A stretch of 64,000 nt of DNA from a virus (taxonomy: Duplodnaviria; Caudoviricetes). The position numbers were made by a program, and so were the translations under genes. Under the pieces are notes generated by a model that saw nothing but the letters and a program-made list of their open reading frames with translations, had not been told where the DNA came from and searched no databases. Location: positions 44,447 through 108,446 of IMG/VR virus record IMGVR_UViG_3300033121_001676; one strand, written 5' to 3'. Below are positions 50,540-59,213 of this stretch, piece by piece. The number at the start of each line of letters is the position of its first letter. The first letter of the stretch is position 1.

Positions 50540-51247
50540 ATGGGCATTGTCGAACGTGATGAACAGTTCATGCGCCAGAAGGATTTCCTCCCTCACAACC
50601 TTTGGGATGATGTGAGGATCCACTTCGTTGGTGTTGGTGGTATCGGGAGTGCAGCAGCTTTTGTTCTTGGCAAGATCGGTGCAAGGAAGATCAACCTCTA
50701 CGACCCAGATACCATTGAACGCCACAACATCTCGAACCAGATGCTCAGTGCAACGGAAGACAAGATTGGTCTTCCGAAGGTTGCAGATCTTGGCGGCATT
50801 CTTCTCGATCTTTGCAATGATGAAATTGATGTGAAGGCGTATAAGAGAAAGGTTGATGAACAACTTGGTTTTGTTTTTGAACAAGGTGAACGCAACATCG
50901 TAATCTGTGGCCCTGACAACATGAAGACACGCAAGTTCGTCTGGGAACTTGTCAAGGGCAACGAAAATGTCATTTGCTATATTGATGGAAGAATGGCGAC
51001 GAGAATCTTCAAGCTTTATAGCATTGACCCGAATGATGCAGAATCTTACGAATCTTACGAAAAGACACTGCACAGTGATGAGGATGCCGAACCACTCCCT
51101 TGCAGTGATCGATCTGTGTTCCACACAAATATGATTCTTGCAAGTACCATTGCAGAGATGGTGCGCAGATTCATTACTCCTGATTCTGCGCCGTACCACC
51201 AAGAGATCTTGTTTGACCTCATCAACCTTGGATGGATAATTGACTAA
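50540..51247 (+). CDS. E1/ThiF-family adenylating enzyme
   Basis: RQ; GVGGIGS; DPDTIERHNISNQ; PKV; DN..R; DGRM; candidate catalytic Cys in PLPC (51101). Confidence 0.92.
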   Translation: MGIVERDEQFMRQKDFLPHNLWDDVRIHFVGVGGIGSAAAFVLGKIGARKINLYDPDTIERHNISNQMLSATEDKIGLPKVADLGGILLDLCNDEIDVKAYKRKVDEQLGFVFEQGERNIVICGPDNMKTRKFVWELVKGNENVICYIDGRMATRIFKLYSIDPNDAESYESYEKTLHSDEDAEPLPCSDRSVFHTNMILASTIAEMVRRFITPDSAPYHQEILFDLINLGWIID

Positions 51248-51867
51248 TGATTTGTAGAAAGTGTGCGATTCAATACAGTGGTACACATGTTTGCAATTTC
51301 AAACTCGGAGATTTCAAAGTTTTCAAGAGAATCCGCAATACTGAATTTGTAATAGTTGCAGAATATGGTAGATTTCCACTTTTTCCAATGAATGGTCATA
51401 CTTATAATGATTTGATTTCTCGTGATCAACAATTGATTCATTTCAAAAGTTCGATAATTATCGATGATTTTGCAATCAAAATTAAAAGTGATCCTTTTGC
51501 AAATGCTATATTGTTCAAAAAGAAAACTGCTACAGTTGATTTGAATAGTGTTGCTGAAATAAGAGAAATTGATGCAGCAATTTATTCAAGTGAGATTCCA
51601 GAAGTTTATCCAAAAATCCAAGAACTTTCTCGGATTTTTGATAAATTTGGACTCAATCATAGCTCACGTGCGAGGATGCCAAATTTTCTCAGTAGCATTG
51701 GTGATTTTGATTCTGTGAATTATCATCCAACTGTTGATTATAAGTATATCTTCAAAATTAATGATGATGGCAGCTATAGATTTTACCACATTCCTTTTTC
51801 TATTGTAAATGTTGTTGAATTTGATCCAATTCTTAAAGAAATTCTAAACAAATGTAATCAACGGTAA
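51247..51867 (+). CDS. MICxxC-family protein #1, coupled to E1
   Basis: TAATG overlap; MICRKCAIQYSGTHVC. Confidence 0.7.
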   Translation: MICRKCAIQYSGTHVCNFKLGDFKVFKRIRNTEFVIVAEYGRFPLFPMNGHTYNDLISRDQQLIHFKSSIIIDDFAIKIKSDPFANAILFKKKTATVDLNSVAEIREIDAAIYSSEIPEVYPKIQELSRIFDKFGLNHSSRARMPNFLSSIGDFDSVNYHPTVDYKYIFKINDDGSYRFYHIPFSIVNVVEFDPILKEILNKCNQR

Positions 51868-51915
51868 AATTTCATCGTATACCATATTGAACAATTTGCT
51901 TCAAAGGAGCAACAC

Positions 51916-52266
51916 ATGGATATCCCGAACGTTGTGCCACCGGCACCAGTTGATCTTGGGAACGAGGTTCCGAACATTGAGCCAGTTGCGGTTATTCCAA
52001 CCGAAGCTGCGCCAGCAGAAGCGACGGCAGGTACGATTCCTGGTGTCGAAACGCCGCGTCGGCGTGGGCGTCGACCAGGTCTTCCAACTCGCGTTCGTCC
52101 AGAATTCGCGAACTGGGTCCCAACTCAGTACGTGAAGAAGGAACAGCCGTTCACTGCTTTTGATGCAACTCTTGATCGTGAGACGAATGTGATCACGTTT
52201 GTCGCGCGGAATGCCGCAGGCGTTACGACGACTTACAAGATCCGTTGCACAAGCATCAACGGTTGA
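51916..52266 (+). CDS. Hypothetical protein (acidic/Pro N-terminus, AT-hook-like RRGRRP)
   Basis: AAGGAG SD; GC-elevated; followed by a terminator. Confidence 0.65.
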   Translation: MDIPNVVPPAPVDLGNEVPNIEPVAVIPTEAAPAEATAGTIPGVETPRRRGRRPGLPTRVRPEFANWVPTQYVKKEQPFTAFDATLDRETNVITFVARNAAGVTTTYKIRCTSING

Positions 52267-52270
52267 AGAA

Positions 52271-52309
52271 AATTGGCGTCGCAATCCATATTGACGACGC
52301 CAATTCTTT
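52271..52309 (+). terminator. Intrinsic terminator
   Basis: aattggcgtcg...cgacgccaattcttt. Confidence 0.7.
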
Positions 52310-52463
52310 GATTGAATTTCATTAGAAAGCTTTATCTAAGGCTTTGTCAAGGCCAGTTTGCAGGTTAGTATGTTGCTACCTAAGTTTTGTATCAGCTACT
52401 GTGCTGCCATCCCATTAAAGCATCAGCCAATGTTCTACATTAGCTTACTGTGTATACTGTGGT

Positions 52464-52673
52464 ATGCAAAACGTGACGCCAGCGCAAGCAACGGTTCAAA
52501 ACTCAAATGAGCAACGTGATTCAATCGAACTTACCTGTGATGGAAAGGGGGCGTACAAGTACGTCCACAAGGTCTACTTCGACGGAACAAGTGATGCAGA
52601 ATATTCAAGAGCAACCTCCCGCCTCGCAAGATGGGACGCAGATTTCAGATCCACATATCGAGGTGGATCCTGA
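52464..52673 (+). CDS. Small hypothetical protein
   Basis: TATACT at 52453, just upstream (near-leaderless). Confidence 0.5.
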   Translation: MQNVTPAQATVQNSNEQRDSIELTCDGKGAYKYVHKVYFDGTSDAEYSRATSRLARWDADFRSTYRGGS

Positions 52674-52980
52674 AGTTTGCAAGCGGCTGCGCCTTGTTGA
52701 TATTGAACTTCCGCACGCTTCCTTCCAGGTAATTTTGGATTTGGATACGATTGAGTGTGTTAAGTCATTGCTCAAGCAAAAAGATTCGTTTTGGGAAATT
52801 TGCGGTTGGACCGCGAAGGACTCAAAGCAAGATGGTGTTGTGCATGTGAGTAGGAAGTTTGACTTCTGCCATGTGCAGCATCCTGTTGGTTTGATGGTTC
52901 ATAATGAATATTCGGTTGTTCCGAATAACCATCACACTGCACAGAAGTTTGGGTTTACTGAGGACGTGAAAAATGCCTAA
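52663..52980 (+). CDS. Hypothetical protein
   Basis: 3' part of ORF 52507..52980; GTG overlapping the upstream stop is the likely start. Confidence 0.45.
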   Translation: MDPEVCKRLRLVDIELPHASFQVILDLDTIECVKSLLKQKDSFWEICGWTAKDSKQDGVVHVSRKFDFCHVQHPVGLMVHNEYSVVPNNHHTAQKFGFTEDVKNA

Positions 52981-53257
52981 TCCGAATCGAAACTACGACG
53001 AGTACGAGAAGCCGGTGGAAGAGAAAATCACCGGCAAGTTCCGGGTGATGGTGCCGAAGATGACTTCGGACTGGTCGCGCAGGGACGAACCGCCGCAGAT
53101 CCGATGGTACCAGTCCGGGGTCGCAACCGAGAAGACCGCCGTGTACGCCGACGGTGGCGTGCAGCGGCGCATCAACATCATCATGAACACCATCCCGATC
53201 GGTCCGTGGGATGGCACGGTGGTCCTGGACGAGCAGGACCAGCCGGACGGCGGCTGA
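52973..53257 (+). CDS. Small beta-rich protein (possible ssDNA-binding type), GC-rich
   Basis: GAGG SD; W..SGVA...INI.MNTIP..PWDG.VVL; followed by a terminator. Confidence 0.6.
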   Translation: MPNPNRNYDEYEKPVEEKITGKFRVMVPKMTSDWSRRDEPPQIRWYQSGVATEKTAVYADGGVQRRINIIMNTIPIGPWDGTVVLDEQDQPDGG

Positions 53258-53282
53258 AAGCCAGCGGTGATCTGAGAAGGGG

Positions 53283-53319
53283 TGGCGCGGCAGTTGAAAA
53301 ACTGTCGCGCCATTTTTTT
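53283..53319 (+). terminator. Intrinsic terminator
   Basis: tggcgcggcagtt-gaaa-aactgtcgcgcca-T7. Confidence 0.85.
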
Positions 53320-53320
53320 G

Positions 53321-53854
53321 ATGAAAAGAATCATCTACACGAAATTTGAAGGTGTATTCACAAAAATCGGTGGTGTGAATGACACTATATTGATTGTCAA
53401 TGATGAGAAGTTTCCTATTAACTATGACAAGAAATCAGTTAACAGATTTAGGAAATTCATTCAGCAGATCAAGAATGGTTGTGAGATTGAAATTGTTTTG
53501 ATTTCACAGTGGAGACATTGTGAAGGATTTATTGAAACATTCTGTGCAACAAACAACCTTCCTGTTTTCAGGTGTTTCCAGAAGGAGTTTGAAAAGACCA
53601 TATGTGAATCTTTAGTCAAAGAGATTTATGATGAAATGAATTCTATTGCAAGTTGGGTTGTTCTTGAAAATAATAAAGAAGATATGAAATTGATGAAAAG
53701 AGAAGATAGAGTTGTATATTGTTTGAATGGATTTGGTGAAAAAGAGGTCAAAAAGATTAGATGTATTCCTGGATTTGGTGAAAAAGAAAAAGTTGAAAGA
53801 GTTGTGAAAAAGAAAATTGAAGAACCAACTTGGGAGAGCATGTACGGGATCTGA
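53321..53854 (+). CDS. Degenerate HAD-domain protein (Swiss-Army-Knife RNA repair HAD-like)
   Basis: IIYTKFEGVF (for FLDxDGVL); IVLISQWR; WVVLEN (for DD). Confidence 0.5.
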   Translation: MKRIIYTKFEGVFTKIGGVNDTILIVNDEKFPINYDKKSVNRFRKFIQQIKNGCEIEIVLISQWRHCEGFIETFCATNNLPVFRCFQKEFEKTICESLVKEIYDEMNSIASWVVLENNKEDMKLMKREDRVVYCLNGFGEKEVKKIRCIPGFGEKEKVERVVKKKIEEPTWESMYGI

Positions 53855-53869
53855 TGAAAAGAAAACTAT

Positions 53870-54027
53870 TTGTCTAACCCGTTGCGCTGGTATAATGCCA
53901 TTGCAAGCAGGTATTCCAAGCCTGCGCAAACTCCAGAACCGCACTGTCCCTTGTCGGGGCAAACCTTCTAAACGCCATGTGATTACAGAGCCGTGTGGTT
54001 TTGGTCATGTGGCGTTTTTTTTTTTTT
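53870..54027 (+). ncRNA. Candidate small RNA with its own promoter and terminator
   Basis: TTGTCT-N15-TATAAT; hairpins gcagg/cctgc and tgtccc/ggggca; terminator 53971-54027 with T13. Confidence 0.5.
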
Positions 54028-54104
54028 CGAATCAACGTAATAACAAACACGGCATGAAGTAAAGTCAAAAAGAACATGAACGTCCTAACTAATGTATAGT
54101 GTGC

Positions 54105-54140
54105 ATGGAGGCGTAAGTCAGTGACTGCGCCTCCATTTTT
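54105..54140 (+). terminator. Hairpin with T-tract
   Basis: atggaggcg...cgcctccat-tttt. Confidence 0.6.
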
Positions 54141-54157
54141 CATAAGTGATTTTTGTC

Positions 54158-54496
54158 ATGGAAAACCCAAACATTGCTGAAGTTAGAGTTGTAAGTGAAA
54201 TCAAGCAGAGCGGTATTGTTTTTGATAGTAAGTATAGACAGATAAAAGAGAATATTGAATCAATTCCAAAGCCGACTGCTGAAGATCATTTCGAATTCAC
54301 TTATGAACGAGCTGTTGGATTTCAGCCACAACAATTCTGCTCGATTAGTCTGAAGGTTGGGATCGTTGGCTCGACGACCAGTGCGTCTTTCAGTGATGCG
54401 ATGAAATTGTCAATCGAGACTGTTGAAATGATTTTGATGACTGAGGCACAGAGGTGTCACAAACAATTCTTTGAGATGATTAGGAACCTTAAGTGA
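54158..54496 (+). CDS. Hypothetical protein
   Basis: ORF between the hairpin and the next promoter. Confidence 0.5.
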   Translation: MENPNIAEVRVVSEIKQSGIVFDSKYRQIKENIESIPKPTAEDHFEFTYERAVGFQPQQFCSISLKVGIVGSTTSASFSDAMKLSIETVEMILMTEAQRCHKQFFEMIRNLK

Positions 54497-54500
54497 AAAC

Positions 54501-54527
54501 TTGTTCTATTGGCTGCGCTGCTATAAT
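54501..54527 (+). promoter_or_regulatory. Promoter TTGTTC-N15-TATAAT
   Basis: TGcTATAAT; recurrent motif. Confidence 0.65.
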
Positions 54528-54571
54528 TTCCATGCACAAAGTAGCGCAAACCATGCAACGAGGAGTCACAC

Positions 54572-55123
54572 ATGGACAATGAGCTCGAAATCCCCACGGT
54601 GCTGCCGGTGGCCGAAGCCACCGAAGCCGTGGTGGAGCGTGTGGAGCCGGTGATCACCGCAGTCGGTGAAGTTGCGGAATCCCGCACGGTCGCCATTCCC
54701 ACCATCAACACCAAGAGTGCCGGAGCCAAGTGGCTCTACATGCACTCCGCCCCCACCAGCTTCGGTGTCGGTGGCGTGCGCGCGAATCATCGCGCCATGA
54801 TCATCAACGAATCCACTCCCGGGTTCACTCTCCAGGTGGCCGTCATCAATCCCGATGGCACGGTCAACCAGAAGGAGAGCAGGGAGTGGACCTGCAATCT
54901 TCCGGTGACCAGGACCGACACCGTCCTCGATGGAGCGTGGACGGACGCCCAGGCTCGTTCCAAGGTCGCCCCGCAGACGCTCGACACCTCCAAGTTCGTT
55001 CGAGCGATCCTGTACGCCGGAGATGCGCAACATCCTCCGGTGGTCGCGTTCGAAGATGCCAGTGGTGGACGCAAGCTCTATCGCCTGAGCTACGCCTGCG
55101 ACCACAATGGCCGCATCATCTGA
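54572..55123 (+). CDS. Hypothetical protein, GC-rich monocistronic unit
   Basis: GAGGAG SD; high GC3; own promoter and terminator. Confidence 0.75.
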   Translation: MDNELEIPTVLPVAEATEAVVERVEPVITAVGEVAESRTVAIPTINTKSAGAKWLYMHSAPTSFGVGGVRANHRAMIINESTPGFTLQVAVINPDGTVNQKESREWTCNLPVTRTDTVLDGAWTDAQARSKVAPQTLDTSKFVRAILYAGDAQHPPVVAFEDASGGRKLYRLSYACDHNGRII

Positions 55124-55150
55124 ACAAGGAAGCACCGTCCCAAAAGGACT

Positions 55151-55190
55151 AAAGACCGGCACGGAAAGACAAATCCGTGCCGGTCTTTTT
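55151..55190 (+). terminator. Intrinsic terminator
   Basis: aaagaccggcacgga...tccgtgccggtcttttt. Confidence 0.85.
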
Positions 55191-55197
55191 ATTTCAC

Positions 55198-55584
55198 ATG
55201 ATTTGCGTCAATTGCAGAATACAATATAGAACTCCAGAACATATTTGTGAAAATTCTTATTATGATGGTAGTTTTCTACCACAAAAAGTTCTTTCAATAT
55301 GTGATATGCACGTTACTCAAATGCAGACATATAGAATTGTTTTGCGTGATTATCCCTTTGTTTCTTTTTTCTATTCAATGTTACTGATATCTAAAAGCGA
55401 GATTAGGAGAATTACTGGTGGTTGTCCAAGCAATTGTTTTTCTCATGGAAGACAACTTAATTCATATGAGATGGCTGGTTTGTGTAAGAAATTGTTTGAT
55501 AGAGAACCAAGAAGTTCATTCATTGGTGAGCGTCTTGATTTGATTATCGATGATGCAAAGAAATTTCTGGATTCTTTGAAATGA
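55198..55584 (+). CDS. MICxxC-family paralogue #2
   Basis: MICVNCRIQYRTPEHIC. Confidence 0.7.
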   Translation: MICVNCRIQYRTPEHICENSYYDGSFLPQKVLSICDMHVTQMQTYRIVLRDYPFVSFFYSMLLISKSEIRRITGGCPSNCFSHGRQLNSYEMAGLCKKLFDREPRSSFIGERLDLIIDDAKKFLDSLK

Positions 55585-55931
55585 TTTGCACAAAATGTCA
55601 ATCTCAATTTAGTGGTGAGCACGATTGTACATTCATCTTTCTTGGTTTCAAACTCAAAAAGATACCATTTTTGAAGTTGTGTCAATGGCATTACGATAAT
55701 AGAAGAACACTTACTTCTGTTCAAGCATTCATTGCTATTGCAGATCATCTCAAAATTCCTTTCGAAATATTGAAAGATGATCCACCAAGATGTGTTGGAA
55801 CTCAATGTATTTGTTCAAAAAATACAGGATCAACTTCTTCATTTAAGAACGTATTTGGGATTGATGATGTTGACTCGTTCTTTGAAGTATTTCTTGATTA
55901 CAAGAACAGAATGGAAGAACAAGAAATATGA
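55581..55931 (+). CDS. MICxxC-family paralogue #3
   Basis: MICTKCQSQFSGEHDC. Confidence 0.7.
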   Translation: MICTKCQSQFSGEHDCTFIFLGFKLKKIPFLKLCQWHYDNRRTLTSVQAFIAIADHLKIPFEILKDDPPRCVGTQCICSKNTGSTSSFKNVFGIDDVDSFFEVFLDYKNRMEEQEI

Positions 55932-56353
55932 TTTGCACAAAATGTAAGACTCAGCATAGCGGATCAAAGATACATACTTGCCGTGTTGATCTATTTGGGA
56001 TCAAACTCCGAACTCATAATTTCAAATTCTGTAGATCATGTTTTGATTATATTGTGAAAAATGCGTTAATCTACGGACCAAAAAACCATTATCTTGATAT
56101 TGAATACTGCGTCTTCATTTCTTGTGTTTTTGCTTCATCAAGCACTATTGAAATCTTAGAAAAACCACATGATAAACAGTGTCATCTTAATAATGGATCT
56201 CGTAGTGGCAGGACTGAGATTTATAATGAAATAATTATGAAGTATTTTTCTGAAATCAACATCATTTATTTCAGAGACAAAAATAGGATGCCTGTTTTCA
56301 TAGAAACTTCACATAGGTATTTGAAAGAAAAGTATGATTTGCACCCTATGTAG
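55928..56353 (+). CDS. MICxxC-family paralogue #4
   Basis: MICTKCKTQHSGSKIHTC. Confidence 0.7.
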   Translation: MICTKCKTQHSGSKIHTCRVDLFGIKLRTHNFKFCRSCFDYIVKNALIYGPKNHYLDIEYCVFISCVFASSSTIEILEKPHDKQCHLNNGSRSGRTEIYNEIIMKYFSEINIIYFRDKNRMPVFIETSHRYLKEKYDLHPM

Positions 56354-56711
56354 AATTCAGTATTTTGGATCACACACTTGCAAGATGAGACTATTTGGAA
56401 TCGATCTAGACAAACAAACGATTCATATTTGCAAACATTGTCTAAGATCACTCAAACCTAATGCAAAACCTAACGGAAACGAATCTGATGTTTTGCTTAC
56501 TTGTATCTACAGTAGCTTAAGTGATGTTGTTATTTTTGATGATGAATGTACATCAGATTGTTTCATCAACTATCATGGTAGTGTGAATGAATTGGTTTTG
56601 TTATTTTTCAGAGAAATTGACAATATCAATTGGTATTCAAACAGAAAACTTCTCAACAAATATGCGAATGATTGTTGGGAAGAAAATAAAGTCAAGTGGG
56701 GTGTTGGATGA
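56334..56711 (+). CDS. MICxxC-family paralogue #5
   Basis: MICTLCRIQYFGSHTC. Confidence 0.7.
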   Translation: MICTLCRIQYFGSHTCKMRLFGIDLDKQTIHICKHCLRSLKPNAKPNGNESDVLLTCIYSSLSDVVIFDDECTSDCFINYHGSVNELVLLFFREIDNINWYSNRKLLNKYANDCWEENKVKWGVG

Positions 56712-57073
56712 TTTGCAAGAATTGTAGAGTTCAATATAGTGGTTCACATGAATGCGAACCAAATGTAGTCTTCTATATTTGTGATCAGTGTTATAAGGGA
56801 AAGACTTCTCAATATGAAAGAGATCCTGCATTCAAAGCTTTCATTAAAGAATTGAAAGTCAAAATTAAGGTTGTGAAGAATAGTGCAAAATTTGTGAAAT
56901 CTCCACGATTGACATGTTATTGTGATTCAATTCATCAAATTGTTTTGGACATTGTAAATGGAAAACAAAAGATTGCTGAAAGATATTTACAACTTGCTAA
57001 TGATCCAGAACTTACAGAAAGAATAAATGAATCGACTGAATTGATCATTGATTCTTCTGAGGTTGACAAATGA
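56708..57073 (+). CDS. MICxxC-family paralogue #6
   Basis: MICKNCRVQYSGSHEC. Confidence 0.7.
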   Translation: MICKNCRVQYSGSHECEPNVVFYICDQCYKGKTSQYERDPAFKAFIKELKVKIKVVKNSAKFVKSPRLTCYCDSIHQIVLDIVNGKQKIAERYLQLANDPELTERINESTELIIDSSEVDK

Positions 57074-57429
57074 TTTGTAACAAATGTCAAATTCAATATA
57101 GTGGCTCACATGAATGTGGATCTGGTCTCATTTATTATGTTTGTCCTGATTGTTACATTTTTCTCAACTCAAGAACCATAGCCTTTAGAGCATTTCTTAA
57201 AAAGATGAGAGTCACAATTAAGGTCAAAAAAGAAATCTCACATTCACTTGATTTTCCTGGAAAAAGTTGCGCTTCTGGAATAAGTACGAAAGATCAAGTT
57301 GTAGAAATCGCAAATGGAAATGAACGAATCATTGCAGAATACAAGAAATTTTTAGATGATTTTAATTTGGCAGATGTAGTTGACAAAACACTTTGTTATG
57401 TTGTTGATTCAACTGAGATTGACAAATGA
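57070..57429 (+). CDS. MICxxC-family paralogue #7
   Basis: MICNKCQIQYSGSHEC. Confidence 0.7.
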   Translation: MICNKCQIQYSGSHECGSGLIYYVCPDCYIFLNSRTIAFRAFLKKMRVTIKVKKEISHSLDFPGKSCASGISTKDQVVEIANGNERIIAEYKKFLDDFNLADVVDKTLCYVVDSTEIDK

Positions 57430-57782
57430 TTTGCACAAGTTGTAGAGTTCAACACAATGGAGTGAATCATACTTGCTACATTGATCTTAAATTAGTCATC
57501 TGTAAGGAAAAATCTATCAAAATTTGTTCAAATCATCTTAGAATAAATCGTCATATTTATCCAAAACGCATTCTTTTCGCTTGTTTTGAAATCAGCGGTT
57601 GTGAAATTACTGTAGTTCCAGCTTGTGTTGATGGTTGTGTTTATTATGTGAAAAATAACAGTTCTGAAATTCTTTTGAAAGAACTATTTTATGATATTTA
57701 TGAACATTCCAGAAAAGATATGGGAAAGCTTGCTGGTTTCTTGCATCCCTACTATGTAAAATTCATTGAAAAGCACAGATAA
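57426..57782 (+). CDS. MICxxC-family paralogue #8
   Basis: MICTSCRVQHNGVNHTC. Confidence 0.7.
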   Translation: MICTSCRVQHNGVNHTCYIDLKLVICKEKSIKICSNHLRINRHIYPKRILFACFEISGCEITVVPACVDGCVYYVKNNSSEILLKELFYDIYEHSRKDMGKLAGFLHPYYVKFIEKHR

Positions 57783-57784
57783 AA

Positions 57785-58108
57785 ATGATTTGCAAAACTT
57801 GTCAGGTTCAACATAATGGATCACATAAGTGCCAAGAACAGCATTATTTCTATTCTTGCCCTGAATGCTATCGTCAATTTAAGAAAAGAGGATTGCACAC
57901 TACACTTAGAGCAATACTCAAAGAAGTCAGGGCAGTTATTGTTTTAGATCATACTTATCATAAACTTGCAGAATTAGGTTATTGGACATGTATTTCTTCG
58001 TTGAACTACCCAAGTGATAAAATAAGAAAGCGTTGTTTAGAGATCAACAATGATTACCAGCTCATTAAGAAGATCAATGATGAATTAGAGTTTGTGTTTA
58101 AGGAGTGA
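57785..58108 (+). CDS. MICxxC-family paralogue #9
   Basis: MICKTCQVQHNGSHKC. Confidence 0.7.
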   Translation: MICKTCQVQHNGSHKCQEQHYFYSCPECYRQFKKRGLHTTLRAILKEVRAVIVLDHTYHKLAELGYWTCISSLNYPSDKIRKRCLEINNDYQLIKKINDELEFVFKE

Positions 58109-58114
58109 GATGAA

Positions 58115-58489
58115 ATGATTTGCAAAACTTGTCAAATTCAGTATTCTAATACAAATCACAAATGTTGTCCTGATCTAGAATTGATTCATTGCAAAGTTGA
58201 TAGTATCTCAATCTGTAATGTACATCTCTTATCTAATCATACTTGTTTGGAAAAAGTTGTTCTTTTTGCACTTCTTCAAATAAGTTGTTGCAAAGTCATC
58301 AAACTCCAAACATGCAATCGTGATTGTATCTATCATGTGAGAACTGGTAAATCTTCATACAACCTACTCTATTCTTATTTTGAAAGATACCAGAGTAATT
58401 TAATGACTTTTTCTTCAAGCAAATATGTTGATAGAGTTCAAGATCTTATAAAATATTTCACAGCATTCGTTTCAAAGCATAAGGATTGA
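58115..58489 (+). CDS. MICxxC-family paralogue #10
   Basis: MICKTCQIQYSNTNHKC. Confidence 0.7.
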   Translation: MICKTCQIQYSNTNHKCCPDLELIHCKVDSISICNVHLLSNHTCLEKVVLFALLQISCCKVIKLQTCNRDCIYHVRTGKSSYNLLYSYFERYQSNLMTFSSSKYVDRVQDLIKYFTAFVSKHKD

Positions 58490-58494
58490 GTAGA

Positions 58495-58878
58495 ATGATT
58501 TGCAAAACGTGTCAAATTCAGCACAACGCTACAAATCACGTTTGTTTCTTCATTTATGAAGGAATAAAAATCAAGAAAATTGATACGATTTCTATTTGTC
58601 CTCTTCACCTTAATTCCGAATCAATCTGCTTCACTGTTGCATTTGGAATTTTGATGTTGCAGAAGACAAATGTTCAAAAAGCCAATGCAAATAACATGTG
58701 CCAAATCTGTCGTCGAAATTCTGAAAGACTCAATGATTTTCTTACATGGAAGGGGGTTTATGAATTCTATGAAAGTTTCTTTGGAATCAAAGAAAGAGAT
58801 TATGGTATACTGGTGCCATTGAATGATATTCAGAAAAACTCAAAAGAATTTAGGAAACTTTATGGAACCAACCATTAA
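58495..58878 (+). CDS. MICxxC-family paralogue #11
   Basis: MICKTCQIQHNATNHVC. Confidence 0.7.
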   Translation: MICKTCQIQHNATNHVCFFIYEGIKIKKIDTISICPLHLNSESICFTVAFGILMLQKTNVQKANANNMCQICRRNSERLNDFLTWKGVYEFYESFFGIKERDYGILVPLNDIQKNSKEFRKLYGTNH

Positions 58879-58882
58879 AGCA

Positions 58883-58909
58883 GTGTTCACCATTGCATTG
58901 TGCTAAAAT
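58883..58909 (+). promoter_or_regulatory. Promoter GTGTTC-N15-TAAAAT
   Basis: TGcTAAAAT; recurrent motif. Confidence 0.5.
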
Positions 58910-58931
58910 GCCACCATGCAAGGGGGTGGTC

Positions 58932-59213
58932 ATGCCGTCTAACAAGGTGCTTCGCGCAACACAGCGTTACGCCGATCGATTTCAGCGTGCAGATGAGATC
59001 GATTCCGAAACAGAGCGGCGTTATTCAAACAAGCCGAAACCGAAGAGGTTGCGTAAGCAGATCGAAATGTCCAGGAGGGGTGGTTCGATCCAGGAGATGC
59101 GCAGCCAGCGCACAATGCTCTTGGGCTACGGCAAGCCTGAAGATGTCAAGGAGGCTGACAGGATTCAAGAAGAAGTGCTACGTGATCGTCGAATGAAGCA
59201 CAAGGAAAAGTGA
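58932..59213 (+). CDS. Small Arg/Lys-rich protein
   Basis: GGGGGT SD; MPSNKVLR... Confidence 0.6.
   Translation: MPSNKVLRATQRYADRFQRADEIDSETERRYSNKPKPKRLRKQIEMSRRGGSIQEMRSQRTMLLGYGKPEDVKEADRIQEEVLRDRRMKHKEK

Noticed and set aside
46669-51247. ThiS/ThiF as a thiamine, Moco or tRNA-thiolation sulfur relay
   Set aside because: No ThiG, MoaE, rhodanese or desulfurase in the window; the intervening E2 and JAB favour conjugation
50519-51286. 255-aa minus-strand ORF
   Set aside because: Antisense shadow of the E1 gene, with no motifs
52464-53257. Proteins ending GGS* and DGG* as extra Ubl modifiers
   Set aside because: No beta-grasp pattern; GG endings are plausible by chance
55198-58878. Paralogue array as DGR targets or integron cassettes
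   Set aside because: No reverse transcriptase, TR/VR pair, integrase or attC sites; shared DNA is limited to the coding head (ATGATTTG...)
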